Shown one piece after another: positions 8,042 to 16,310 of a stretch of 17,506 nt of DNA. This stretch comes from Candidatus Hermodarchaeota archaeon (GTDB lineage Archaea > Asgardarchaeota > Lokiarchaeia > Sigyniarchaeales > SOKP01). The stretch spans positions 1-17,506 of the forward strand of contig JBHLLO010000065.1 in assembly GCA_048885535.1 (NCBI GenBank), in the 5' to 3' direction. A model generated the notes under the pieces. The model saw only the letters and a list, made by a program, of their open reading frames with translations, did not search any database and was not told the origin of the DNA. Both the position numbers and the translations under genes were made by a program. The stretch's first letter is position 1; each line of letters starts with the position of its first letter.

Positions 8042-8066
8042 GCATGTGTAAAATCATGTGTAATTA

Positions 8067-8139
8067 GCCAGCGTATCCGAGCAGTTAAGGAGGCGGCCTG
8101 CAGAGCCGTTATTCATGGGTGCAAATCCCATCGCTGGCT
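8067..8139 (+). tRNA. tRNA-Cys (GCA), intronless, CCA not encoded
   Basis: Cloverleaf: acceptor GCCAGCG/CGCTGGC, D-stem TCCG/AGGA, anticodon stem GCGGC/GCCGT with loop CT-GCA-GA (anticodon 8100-8102), T-stem ATGGG/CCCAT, discriminator U73 (a Cys identity element). A GC-rich island in AT-rich DNA, adjacent to cysS. Confidence 0.95.
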
Positions 8140-8187
8140 CTCATTACTCTCAAATTGCTCTTAATACGCTCCTTTTGGTGATTAATT

Positions 8188-9633
8188 ATGAAAATTTATA
8201 ATAGTTTAACATTTGCAAAGGAAGAATTCAAGACGCTTGAACCGAATAAAGTAAAGATGTACGTCTGTGGTCCTACAGTGTACGATAGTCCACATTTGGG
8301 TCATGCAAAATCAGCTATTGCGTTTGACGTAATTCACAGATATTTTAAGTATAAGAATTATCAGGTCAACATAGTTAAGAATTATACAGATATAGATGAT
8401 AAAATAATTAAACGTGCTAATGAGTTGAATGCTGATTTTCAAGATTTAGCTGCAAAATATATCAAAGAATATCAAGAAGTAACAAAAGCACTGAATATTG
8501 AAAAAGAAACAAAAAATCCACGCGCGACAGAAGTAATTCCATTTATAATTGAGTTTATTAAAGAATTGATTAAAAAGGAGCACGCCTATGAAAAGAATGG
8601 ATCTGTCTACTTTTCCGTTAAAAGTTTTCCAAGATACGATTCAATTTTACAAAATGTAAAAGATGATATTGTTCAAGAAGAAGATCAAGATTATGAAGGA
8701 GATCAAGATACTTTATTCGGAGAAGATAAATTAGATGTTAGAGATTTTGCATTATGGAAAAAGATGAAAGAAGGAGAACCTTACTGGGAAAGTCCATGGG
8801 GTAAGGGGAGACCTGGATGGCATATTGAATGTTCTGCCATGATCTTAAATTTCTTGGGTGATACAATTGACATACATGGAGGAGGACAAGACTTAAAGTT
8901 TCCACATCATCGAAATGAGATAGCTCAATCAGAATCATATACTGGAAAACCCTTTGTAAATTACTTTATGCATAATGGGTTTATTAATATCGATGACGAA
9001 AAGATGTCAAAAAGTCTTGGTAATTACTTCTTGGTATCAGAACTTCTAAAAGAATATGATCCTATGGTAATTCGATTATTCCTTATCTCAAGCCATTATC
9101 GAAGTTCAATAAATTATACTCTCGATAACATTGAACAAGCAAAAAAGAATTACAACAGATTAATTAACACGATGAAAAAAGTAAAAAAAGCCAAGGTTGA
9201 TCAAAAAGCAGATAAAAATGTTCAGAATTTAATTGTTAAAATAAATAAAGCAAAAGATAGAATTATCAATGCAATGGATGACGATTTTGATACACCTTCT
9301 GCAATTGCAGAAATGTTCACAACATTTAGAGAGGTAAATAAAATTATACTTGAGGAAAATGCGAAAATTTCCTATGAATTTCAAAACAAGTTTTTTGAAT
9401 TTGTTAAGTTCATTGATATAATTTTAGGGATTTTTCCTAACTTGGAACAAAGATTGAAAGGTTTCCCAATTGAAGATGTTGATGTAAAAGATAAGCTTAT
9501 TAGGAATCTTATTAACCTTTTCAGTGAAGTTAGAACAAAATTACGAAATGAGAAACAATATGTTATTAGTGATTATATTAGAGCGAAATTAAAAGAATTA
9601 GGTATAGAATTAGAAGATAAACCGTTAAAATAA
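8188..9633 (+). CDS. cysS: Cysteine--tRNA ligase (class I CysRS)
   Basis: MYVCGPTVYD.PHLGH, DFALWK, SPWG.GRPGWHIECSAM, DIHGGG.DL.FPHH.NEIAQS, KMSKSLGN, MDDDF.T, and the anticodon-domain motif SD.IR..L...GI.LED; GGTGA ribosome-binding site at 8177-8181. Confidence 0.97.
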   Translation: MKIYNSLTFAKEEFKTLEPNKVKMYVCGPTVYDSPHLGHAKSAIAFDVIHRYFKYKNYQVNIVKNYTDIDDKIIKRANELNADFQDLAAKYIKEYQEVTKALNIEKETKNPRATEVIPFIIEFIKELIKKEHAYEKNGSVYFSVKSFPRYDSILQNVKDDIVQEEDQDYEGDQDTLFGEDKLDVRDFALWKKMKEGEPYWESPWGKGRPGWHIECSAMILNFLGDTIDIHGGGQDLKFPHHRNEIAQSESYTGKPFVNYFMHNGFINIDDEKMSKSLGNYFLVSELLKEYDPMVIRLFLISSHYRSSINYTLDNIEQAKKNYNRLINTMKKVKKAKVDQKADKNVQNLIVKINKAKDRIINAMDDDFDTPSAIAEMFTTFREVNKIILEENAKISYEFQNKFFEFVKFIDIILGIFPNLEQRLKGFPIEDVDVKDKLIRNLINLFSEVRTKLRNEKQYVISDYIRAKLKELGIELEDKPLK

Positions 9634-9669
9634 CATGTAATAATTTTAAGCTCCTAAAAACTTGGTTTT

Positions 9670-9888
9670 TTACGATAACTTTCTTGTATCCTTTGTATCA
9701 TTCAATCTTATTTTAAATTGATCCAATATTTTTTCCTCCTTTTTTTTACACTTATAACATACTCTTAATTTAATTGGATCAATTAGTTTTTGAGGTAATC
9801 CCCAAATTTCACGGATTTCCAAGATAAATGAACTTAGATACCTTTTTTTATATTCGCTGCCACAGATATCACATTTTCTAATGAAAAT
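9670..9888 (-). CDS. Small putative zinc-finger protein (72 aa, CxxC...CxxC), non-canonical ATT start
   Basis: Not in the ORF track. Hand translation: IFIRKCDICGSEYKKRYLSSFILEIREIWGLPQKLIDPIKLRVCYKCKKKEEKILDQFKIRLNDTKDTRKLS*. An in-frame TAG lies immediately upstream, with no ATG/GTG/TTG before the first CxxC. TTATAAAA lies at 9929-9922 on the minus strand. Confidence 0.65.
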   Translation of the reverse strand: MFIRKCDICGSEYKKRYLSSFILEIREIWGLPQKLIDPIKLRVCYKCKKKEEKILDQFKIRLNDTKDTRKLS

Positions 9889-10084
9889 CTACCTTAGAAA
9901 TGAATTTTCTTCTTATGAATATTTTATAAGCGAAGTCCAATTATTAATACATTCTTCAAACACCCTATAATGCAGCTATGATAACAAAACAAACACTAGA
10001 ATGCAATTAAATAAATCCTACTACTAATTTATATTTTATAGAAAAAAAATGGATATAATGAATTTATCTTAACGATACTTTATT

Positions 10085-10924
10085 TTACTTGTTTAAAAAA
10101 TACTTGTTAAGGTAATCTATTGTGGCTTGTACTTCCTTTTTTGAACATAAACCCCCATGACCAGGGACATATACATCCAGTTCCTTCTCATAATACGTTT
10201 TCATTACATCTCGAAAATTTTGGGGATCTACTGCCCAAGGAGTACCATTTATGCCATTAGCCCATGCTGGATCTAGATTTGTAAAGAGTAAATCACCCAT
10301 AAAACAAATTTTTTCGTCAGGAAAATATGCTATAATATCCTCATTTGAGTGTGCGTTTCCTACATTAATTATCTGAACAGATCTATTGGTTCCATAAATT
10401 GTCATTCTGTCATGAAGAATAAGATCTGGTGATCTTAATTTGAAGTTAGGATCTTGAACTTCCTTGTACGTTATTAGATCATTTTTTAATTCAATGATTT
10501 TATTTGAATCTTTCTCATTTTGTAATAATTCCTCGGTATTCTTATACTGTGTAGGGGCATTATTCCGCAAATTGTCAAATTGCTCAATTAGTTCTTTCTG
10601 AAATCTGCTCAAAGTACCATTACTACTCAAGATTGGCATTGAGTTAGGAAATAATCTATTTCCAAATACATGATCCATGTGAGCATGACTATTTATTAAT
10701 AAAAAGGGGTCTTTGCCTGTAATTGACTTAGCAGCAGAAATCATGTCTCTAGTGGAAAAAGGATCCATCATGGTGTCGAAAACTATAGTAATATTTCCTA
10801 AATCAAAAAATCCCGCATTGGAGCTAGGACCAAGCTTTTGATTCCAAATTGAAGCATAAATGCCTTCTGACAGTTTATATATTTCTAAATAGATTGAATC
10901 AAATGGAATTCTCTCAACGTTCAT
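10085..10924 (-). CDS. MBL-fold metallo-hydrolase
   Basis: SNAG, VFDT, INSHAHMDHVFGN (HxHxDH), AHS..D, FMGDL, VPGHG. Confidence 0.9.
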   Translation of the reverse strand: MNVERIPFDSIYLEIYKLSEGIYASIWNQKLGPSSNAGFFDLGNITIVFDTMMDPFSTRDMISAAKSITGKDPFLLINSHAHMDHVFGNRLFPNSMPILSSNGTLSRFQKELIEQFDNLRNNAPTQYKNTEELLQNEKDSNKIIELKNDLITYKEVQDPNFKLRSPDLILHDRMTIYGTNRSVQIINVGNAHSNEDIIAYFPDEKICFMGDLLFTNLDPAWANGINGTPWAVDPQNFRDVMKTYYEKELDVYVPGHGGLCSKKEVQATIDYLNKYFLNK

Positions 10925-11041
10925 AATAAAATCAACAATAATTCATGTTGAAATTTAAAGTTACATAGTCTAACCAAAGTAAACTATTAAAGATTAATAA
11001 TTTGAAGTTCAACAGAAGTATGAAGAAAATATAAAATTTGG

Positions 11042-11986
11042 TTAAGTATGAATACGTCCTGATCCCCGATTAATATCAATTAACTGTTGTGAATCAAGAC
11101 CAAAATCAAATTGGATAAACATAGTTCTTTTACTCATCATAGTCTCTAGAAAGAAAATTTTGACTGAAAAAATACTATTATTTCTAATAAATATTGGAAG
11201 TAAAGTCCATTTTGCATAGTAGTAATTCGCCTTACACAATTCCATTCCTTTCTCAAAAAGGAGCATTTCCTCAGTGTTTAAGATAGTAATAAAGTTTTTA
11301 TTCACCTTTTTGCTGGAAAAATGAGATCTTTTTTCTATACTTAAAGAGATTTCATTTTCAATAATTTCATAATTGTAGATTGTATAATAAAAAGGCAAAA
11401 CGCCAGGGAGGTATTTCTGATTATTTTCAAGATTTGAAGATAACCAAACCTTAGAGATAATGCGATACACATAATATATAATGAAAAAGTAGGTGTAAAT
11501 GTTAATAAATGAACTGAATAGAAATATATCTGCAGAAAAGTGAAATAGTACTCCCATTAAAATAAGAAAAATTACTGAATTCAACATTGTGAATCCACTT
11601 CCTGCCTTTTCGGCATAAAAGCTATACTCTTTTTTGGAGAGTGGATATAAGTAAGGGATTTTGGTAGTAGTAAGAAGGTCCATAGATACATGCAAACCAT
11701 AAAAAGCCATACCTATAATCCAAGCTATAAGAAACAATCGACTTGTTAGTGTTGAATATATAATACCTACAATTGCAGAAATTATTATACCAATAATATA
11801 AGAATGGGAACCTCCACGATGTTCAAGATATTTTGATTTAAATATTCTTTTCAAAGGCGTTATAAATATATCTAAATCAGGTAAAACAGACATTAAGATC
11901 GCTAGAAAGATATAATCAAAAGTTACCTCCTTCAAAAAAAGGATGTACATTAAGGTCCCAAATACTAAATGTGTGAATAAGTCCAT
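11042..11986 (-). CDS. Membrane-bound metal-dependent hydrolase (YdjM-like)
   Basis: MD.FTH, LPDLD, HRG.SHS and H...DLLT motifs with several transmembrane segments. Confidence 0.85.
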   Translation of the reverse strand: MDLFTHLVFGTLMYILFLKEVTFDYIFLAILMSVLPDLDIFITPLKRIFKSKYLEHRGGSHSYIIGIIISAIVGIIYSTLTSRLFLIAWIIGMAFYGLHVSMDLLTTTKIPYLYPLSKKEYSFYAEKAGSGFTMLNSVIFLILMGVLFHFSADIFLFSSFINIYTYFFIIYYVYRIISKVWLSSNLENNQKYLPGVLPFYYTIYNYEIIENEISLSIEKRSHFSSKKVNKNFITILNTEEMLLFEKGMELCKANYYYAKWTLLPIFIRNNSIFSVKIFFLETMMSKRTMFIQFDFGLDSQQLIDINRGSGRIHT

Positions 11987-12023
11987 ATAGTGAATCTCAT
12001 TTGATTATTTTTATATCTTATAC

Positions 12024-12491
12024 TCAATTTTCGCCTTTTATTTCTTTAAGAACTTTAGCCTTGTCTTCAAATTTAATCTCGACAATTATTTTTCCCCATC
12101 CTCCACATTTTAATCCTATATCGAAACAGCCAACTCTTTTAATTCTCATCTCGTTAGGATCGATACCAGCATAAAATAGCTCTTGAGCTGCAAAGATTAG
12201 TCGTTCCATTTCACTTAAGGCATAAATACATATCCGCTTAGGATTTAATTTTGTAAGAAGGTTTCCTGGACCATCAAAATAAAATTTATCACCGACTTGA
12301 TGTAGGCTACTACATCCATGGGATTCTATAACTTCAATAACAATTGTTTTTTGTAATAGCCCTGGTACTTTTAAAAGAGCTTCTTGATTTCGAGGATTTT
12401 TTAACCAAAGCTCCATCTCCTCATCTGTATACCCTAAATGCTCTTTAATGAAGTTTTGAACTTCTTTAGACATTTTTATTCTTACCTTCAA
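12024..12491 (-). CDS. TIGR04076-like Cys-containing hypothetical protein; the true start may be the ATG at 12473
   Basis: IEVIES.GC...HQVGDKF, IC..AL, GCFD.G..CGGWG.I.VE pattern; AAGGT lies upstream of the ATG at 12473. Confidence 0.6.
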   Translation of the reverse strand: MKVRIKMSKEVQNFIKEHLGYTDEEMELWLKNPRNQEALLKVPGLLQKTIVIEVIESHGCSSLHQVGDKFYFDGPGNLLTKLNPKRICIYALSEMERLIFAAQELFYAGIDPNEMRIKRVGCFDIGLKCGGWGKIIVEIKFEDKAKVLKEIKGEN

Positions 12492-12651
12492 AATATTATT
12501 TGATATTTTTCAGTTTATATACTATATAAAATGAAGGAAATTAAATAATTGATTAAATTTCTATTAGTATTACTAAAATATTGATTTAAAGACTAAAATT
12601 TTTATAAAAAGTTTTAATATAATCTATTCATAAAACAAATATAATAGAAGA

Positions 12652-13314
12652 ATGAAAGACATTGTAAAAAAAATCCTGCTTTTCATATTTGTCTATATTA
12701 TTTATCAGAACATATTTTATGTAATTTTTGTACCAGAGATCTACTCAATTCCTCTTTATGTCTTTTATTTGCTTACTGCATACATGTTTACTCTTGCTGA
12801 TACATTAGTACGTTCTATTCCAGAAGAACGAAGTTCTAAAATTTATGATATTTTAATATTGTCTATGCTCTTATTATCTCCTTTCTTCCTGATTGGAGCC
12901 TTTTTTGAGAATAAATTGCTTATTTCCCAACTATTCCCTTTCTGGGATAACATTATTATCAGTTATATAGGGTTCACTCTTTATCTTATTGGTTGCTTAT
13001 TAGTACTCGTGGCTCGAACACAACTTGGACGATTTGGCACTGCTGAATTAATTACTGAGGAGGACCATCAACTTTTTACAGAGGGCGTATACAAACATAT
13101 TAGAAATCCTATGTATTCTGGTGCTTTGATTGCAACTATTGGATTTTGTCTTGTTTTTAGATGTATAATTACACTTATTATCATGTTTATCTATAGTTTC
13201 TTAATATACAGAATGCGAATTATTGAAGAAGAAAGAGTTTTACTAGCGAAATTTGGCAAAGAATTTGAAGATTATAAAGAGAAGACTAAAAAATTATTTC
13301 CATTTCTTTATTGA
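12652..13314 (+). CDS. Isoprenylcysteine carboxyl methyltransferase / PEMT-family membrane methyltransferase
   Basis: Several transmembrane helices, HQLFTEGVYKHIRNPMYSG, RIIEEERVL...FG..F..Y......LFP. Confidence 0.85.
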   Translation: MKDIVKKILLFIFVYIIYQNIFYVIFVPEIYSIPLYVFYLLTAYMFTLADTLVRSIPEERSSKIYDILILSMLLLSPFFLIGAFFENKLLISQLFPFWDNIIISYIGFTLYLIGCLLVLVARTQLGRFGTAELITEEDHQLFTEGVYKHIRNPMYSGALIATIGFCLVFRCIITLIIMFIYSFLIYRMRIIEEERVLLAKFGKEFEDYKEKTKKLFPFLY

Positions 13315-13347
13315 AGCTCTTTATAATTTAATTATATCGTACTTCTT

Positions 13348-13809
13348 TTACTTTTGAAGATTTAAGGCGATTTCTTTTCCGAAATTTTTACATTTAGGAA
13401 GTTCACCCTCAGCTATGGGACCTTTTAACCCAATTACCTTCACAGGTAATCCCGGAAGTATCTTTTTAAAACTAGGTATCTTTTTACCAATTTTTTTTTC
13501 CAATTTTTTAAAAGCTTTATTTAGAATAGGAAGAGCATTGTTAGTGTCAAATACAGCATAATATTTTTCACTTAATAAAAGTCCAGCCAGCTCATTGATA
13601 AATTTTTTAATGCTACCAGCATAACTACCTCCCCAATTAGGAGAACCTATAATAATTGCATCAAAATCTTTAATTTTACTATATTCAATATCATTTACAT
13701 ACACTATTTCAGTTTTTATTTGCTCAGTTTCTCTTATGCCCTCAGCAATTGTTTCTGCCACTTTTTTAGTATTACCAAATTTTGTTTCATAAACTATTAA
13801 TACATTCAA
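13348..13809 (-). CDS. Flavodoxin-family protein (TTG start)
   Basis: IVYETKFGNTKKVAETIA FMN phosphate-binding loop, IIIGSPNWGG, AVFDT. Confidence 0.88.
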   Translation of the reverse strand: MNVLIVYETKFGNTKKVAETIAEGIRETEQIKTEIVYVNDIEYSKIKDFDAIIIGSPNWGGSYAGSIKKFINELAGLLLSEKYYAVFDTNNALPILNKAFKKLEKKIGKKIPSFKKILPGLPVKVIGLKGPIAEGELPKCKNFGKEIALNLQK

Positions 13810-13960
13810 TTAATTTTCACTTCATTTTATATTATTATTATGTATGATAAGTCTAATGTATTTCAATATTTTTATTGAGAAAAATTCGAAATTAATTAAA
13901 TAAATTGAATAAAAATATGCTAGATAAAGAAAAAATCCTTGAGAAATAAGCAGAACCTAA

Positions 13961-14755
13961 TTAAAGTTTTTCTAAAATATAATCCTTTGAGCCTACTCCA
14001 TAATCCAAGGCGTATTTAATATACTTTATTTGTGATGGATCATCAACATCTTTCAATTTTGTCGAAATTGGTTTCAATACCTTATAACCATAATAATCTA
14101 GGGCAATAGGATCTGTTCCTGCAAAAAGATAACCCAAATCTTTTTCTTCTCCCCCATGTCTAAATTCTTGAGCCTTTATCATAACTTTTAATGCATCGCA
14201 AATGATCAGATGAGATTTAAATATGGTGTTTAATTCAGCAATTCCTTTGTGAATATCCTTGAGTTTTGCGTGTATTTTTAATCTTTCGGTTTTTGGTAGA
14301 TATCCAAATTTATCTTTCAATGCATTGGTAAGTTTTACAATAAAGTGATCTTTTAAAATCGGAAGAGAAATTATGAAATCCTGCTGAAATGGAACTTCTG
14401 ATACTTTTAAGGTAAAACCCCTCGTAGTTTTTACTTTTCTAAAAGAATAGTCGTAGAAATTTACAAAAGGTATCCCTAATTCTTTACATTTTTCAACAAT
14501 TGGATGATCCTCTATTTTCTTAGCAGATAGATCTATGCTCTGACCATCTCCGCATATAATTTCTGATGCACTAGATTTAATCTGCTCATACACGGCTTCA
14601 ATCATTTCAGGATGAGTTGTTGTGGGGTAAGGATTATGTGAAACCAGATTTACTTTTATAAGTACTTTCCCTTCAATCCTTTTCCTAAATCGGGATATAA
14701 AGGATGCAACAAATCTTTTTCTTTCTAGAGTTTTACAGAAATAAATTGTTGACAT
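13961..14755 (-). CDS. DUF362 domain protein
   Basis: VLIKVNL, TTTHPE, I.GDG, ISLP.LK.H...LT.ALK..FG, IAELN, L.I.DA, GTDPIALD. Confidence 0.82.
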   Translation of the reverse strand: MSTIYFCKTLERKRFVASFISRFRKRIEGKVLIKVNLVSHNPYPTTTHPEMIEAVYEQIKSSASEIICGDGQSIDLSAKKIEDHPIVEKCKELGIPFVNFYDYSFRKVKTTRGFTLKVSEVPFQQDFIISLPILKDHFIVKLTNALKDKFGYLPKTERLKIHAKLKDIHKGIAELNTIFKSHLIICDALKVMIKAQEFRHGGEEKDLGYLFAGTDPIALDYYGYKVLKPISTKLKDVDDPSQIKYIKYALDYGVGSKDYILEKL

Positions 14756-14946
14756 GAGTTTGGCTACATTATTAAACTTTAATACAAAAAAGAAAAATTA
14801 GAATTTAAAATCTTAGTTTAGAAATTTATATAAAAGGTAAATTCAGAGTCTGATTTCAATGAGAACTCAACAGGAAAATTAAACATAGTGTAGTTTTCCA
14901 AAACTCTATACACTCTGAATCTGTTATTAAAAGGAAATAATTAAAT

Positions 14947-14980
14947 AGACTTGAGAAAATATATAAAACAATTCAAGTCT
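14947..14980. promoter_or_regulatory. Perfect 8-18-8 inverted repeat straddling a TATA box upstream of the LLM gene
   Basis: AGACTTGA (14947-14954) and TCAAGTCT (14973-14980) enclose TATATAAA (14960-14967). Confidence 0.55.
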
Positions 14981-15011
14981 TAAAAAATTAATTCTTAAAA
15001 GAGGGCAGAGA

Positions 15012-16157
15012 GTGATGGATATATCAGATATTAGAATAGGAATTGATGCCAGTTTTGAGGGTGTTCCATTTAAGGCAGGACTAAGTATGATTCAAAATTA
15101 TGAGGAAGCTGGCTTTGATTGTGTCATAATTGATGATCATTTAATGAATTTCTTCCCAGAGGTTTTATGGGATCCTAAGTTTATAGATGCTGCAAAATCT
15201 ATAGAGAGTCCTAATAATCTTTATGATATGTGTACTATAATTTCGAATGTTGTAATGAACACAAAAAAAATTCAAATTGCTTCTGGTGTTACTGAATGTT
15301 TTAGGAGACACCCCGCAGATTTAGCTCAATTTTTTTTAGCACAAAATAACCTTTCTAAAGGAAGAATAATCCTTGGAATAGGAGCAGGTGAATATTTAAA
15401 TACAATTCCATACGGGATCGATTACAATAAACCTGTTTCTAGATTAAGGGAATGTATAAAAATAATTAAATTACTCTGGCAAGAAAAAAAAAATGTAAAT
15501 TTTAAAGGTGAGATTTGGAAATTAAAAGGAGCGTGCTTAGGATTAAAACCCTATAGAAAGAATAAATATCCCCCGATTTGGGTTGCAGCACATGGACCAC
15601 AAATGTTAAATTTAACAGGAGAGTTAGCAGACGGATGGTATCCATGTAAATTTCATGTTTCTTCACCAAATATATATAAAGAAAAACTAAATATCATTCA
15701 AGAATCAATTAAAAAAGCAGGAAGAGATCTAGACAATTTTACTCCTAGTTTATTTGCACCCATAATAATAGATGAGAACAAAGGAGAAGTAAGAAGGATG
15801 CTTAAATCTGAAGTATTGAAAATTTCTGGATTATTTCTTAGTTCACAACATTTTGAGAAATATGGAGCTTCACATCCTCTTGGAGATTCTTTTGATGGTT
15901 TGGTACAATTTATACCTTCTTTATACAACAGAAAACAAATGATGAATATTATAGAAAAAATCCCCCAAGATGTTTATAATGAATTTGGGTTTGCAGGGAC
16001 TTCAGATGAACTCATAAATAAAATAGAAGATTATGCCAGAGAAGGACTAAAATACATTATATTATATGACCAAACAGTCATGGTTGATATGAAGAAAGTT
16101 AATGACGTTCAAAAATCCCTTACAAGAGTATTGGACTATTTTAAGGCTCAAAGATAA
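15012..16157 (+). CDS. LLM-class (luciferase-like), probably F420-dependent oxidoreductase; start GTG 15012 or ATG 15015
   Basis: DDHL, GVTE.FRRHPA.LAQ, LSKGRIILGIGAGE..N..PYG, PPIWVAAHGP.ML..TGELADGW. Confidence 0.88.
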   Translation: MMDISDIRIGIDASFEGVPFKAGLSMIQNYEEAGFDCVIIDDHLMNFFPEVLWDPKFIDAAKSIESPNNLYDMCTIISNVVMNTKKIQIASGVTECFRRHPADLAQFFLAQNNLSKGRIILGIGAGEYLNTIPYGIDYNKPVSRLRECIKIIKLLWQEKKNVNFKGEIWKLKGACLGLKPYRKNKYPPIWVAAHGPQMLNLTGELADGWYPCKFHVSSPNIYKEKLNIIQESIKKAGRDLDNFTPSLFAPIIIDENKGEVRRMLKSEVLKISGLFLSSQHFEKYGASHPLGDSFDGLVQFIPSLYNRKQMMNIIEKIPQDVYNEFGFAGTSDELINKIEDYAREGLKYIILYDQTVMVDMKKVNDVQKSLTRVLDYFKAQR

Positions 16158-16182
16158 TTATTGAATTCATCTAATTGAAGAA

Positions 16183-16189
16183 TTTTTTT
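16183..16189 (+). terminator. Oligo-T terminator after the LLM gene
   Basis: T7 run plus further T tracts about 25 nt after the stop. Confidence 0.35.
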
Positions 16190-16310
16190 ATTGTTTTTAT
16201 ATGACTGGAATAGAAAAAGTGTAGCTAATAAAGAAGTGAGAAATTATAAAATTGCAGAATTAATTGGAGAAAATCTGTCTTTATTTATTCTCAAATTTTG
16301 AAAGAGATTA

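Noticed and set aside
8115-8139. tRNA 3' end as an integration (att) site
   Set aside because: No duplicate of the tRNA end and no integrase or transposase seen in the window
8738-8938. 66-aa minus-strand ORF
   Set aside because: Antisense to the conserved core of cysS
9889-9915. Pyrrolysine-type readthrough of the TAG before the zinc-finger ORF
   Set aside because: Only seven codons lie upstream before a TAA, and none is a start codon
12652-13314. Idea that the ICMT-like enzyme methylates a prenylated form of the small GTPase
   Set aside because: The GTPase ends in ERTNI with no CaaX cysteine, the family is widespread in prokaryotes, and the gene is about 6 kb away
16191-16301. 36-codon TTG-started plus-strand frame after the LLM gene
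   Set aside because: No motif or ribosome-binding site; it lies among terminator-like tracts
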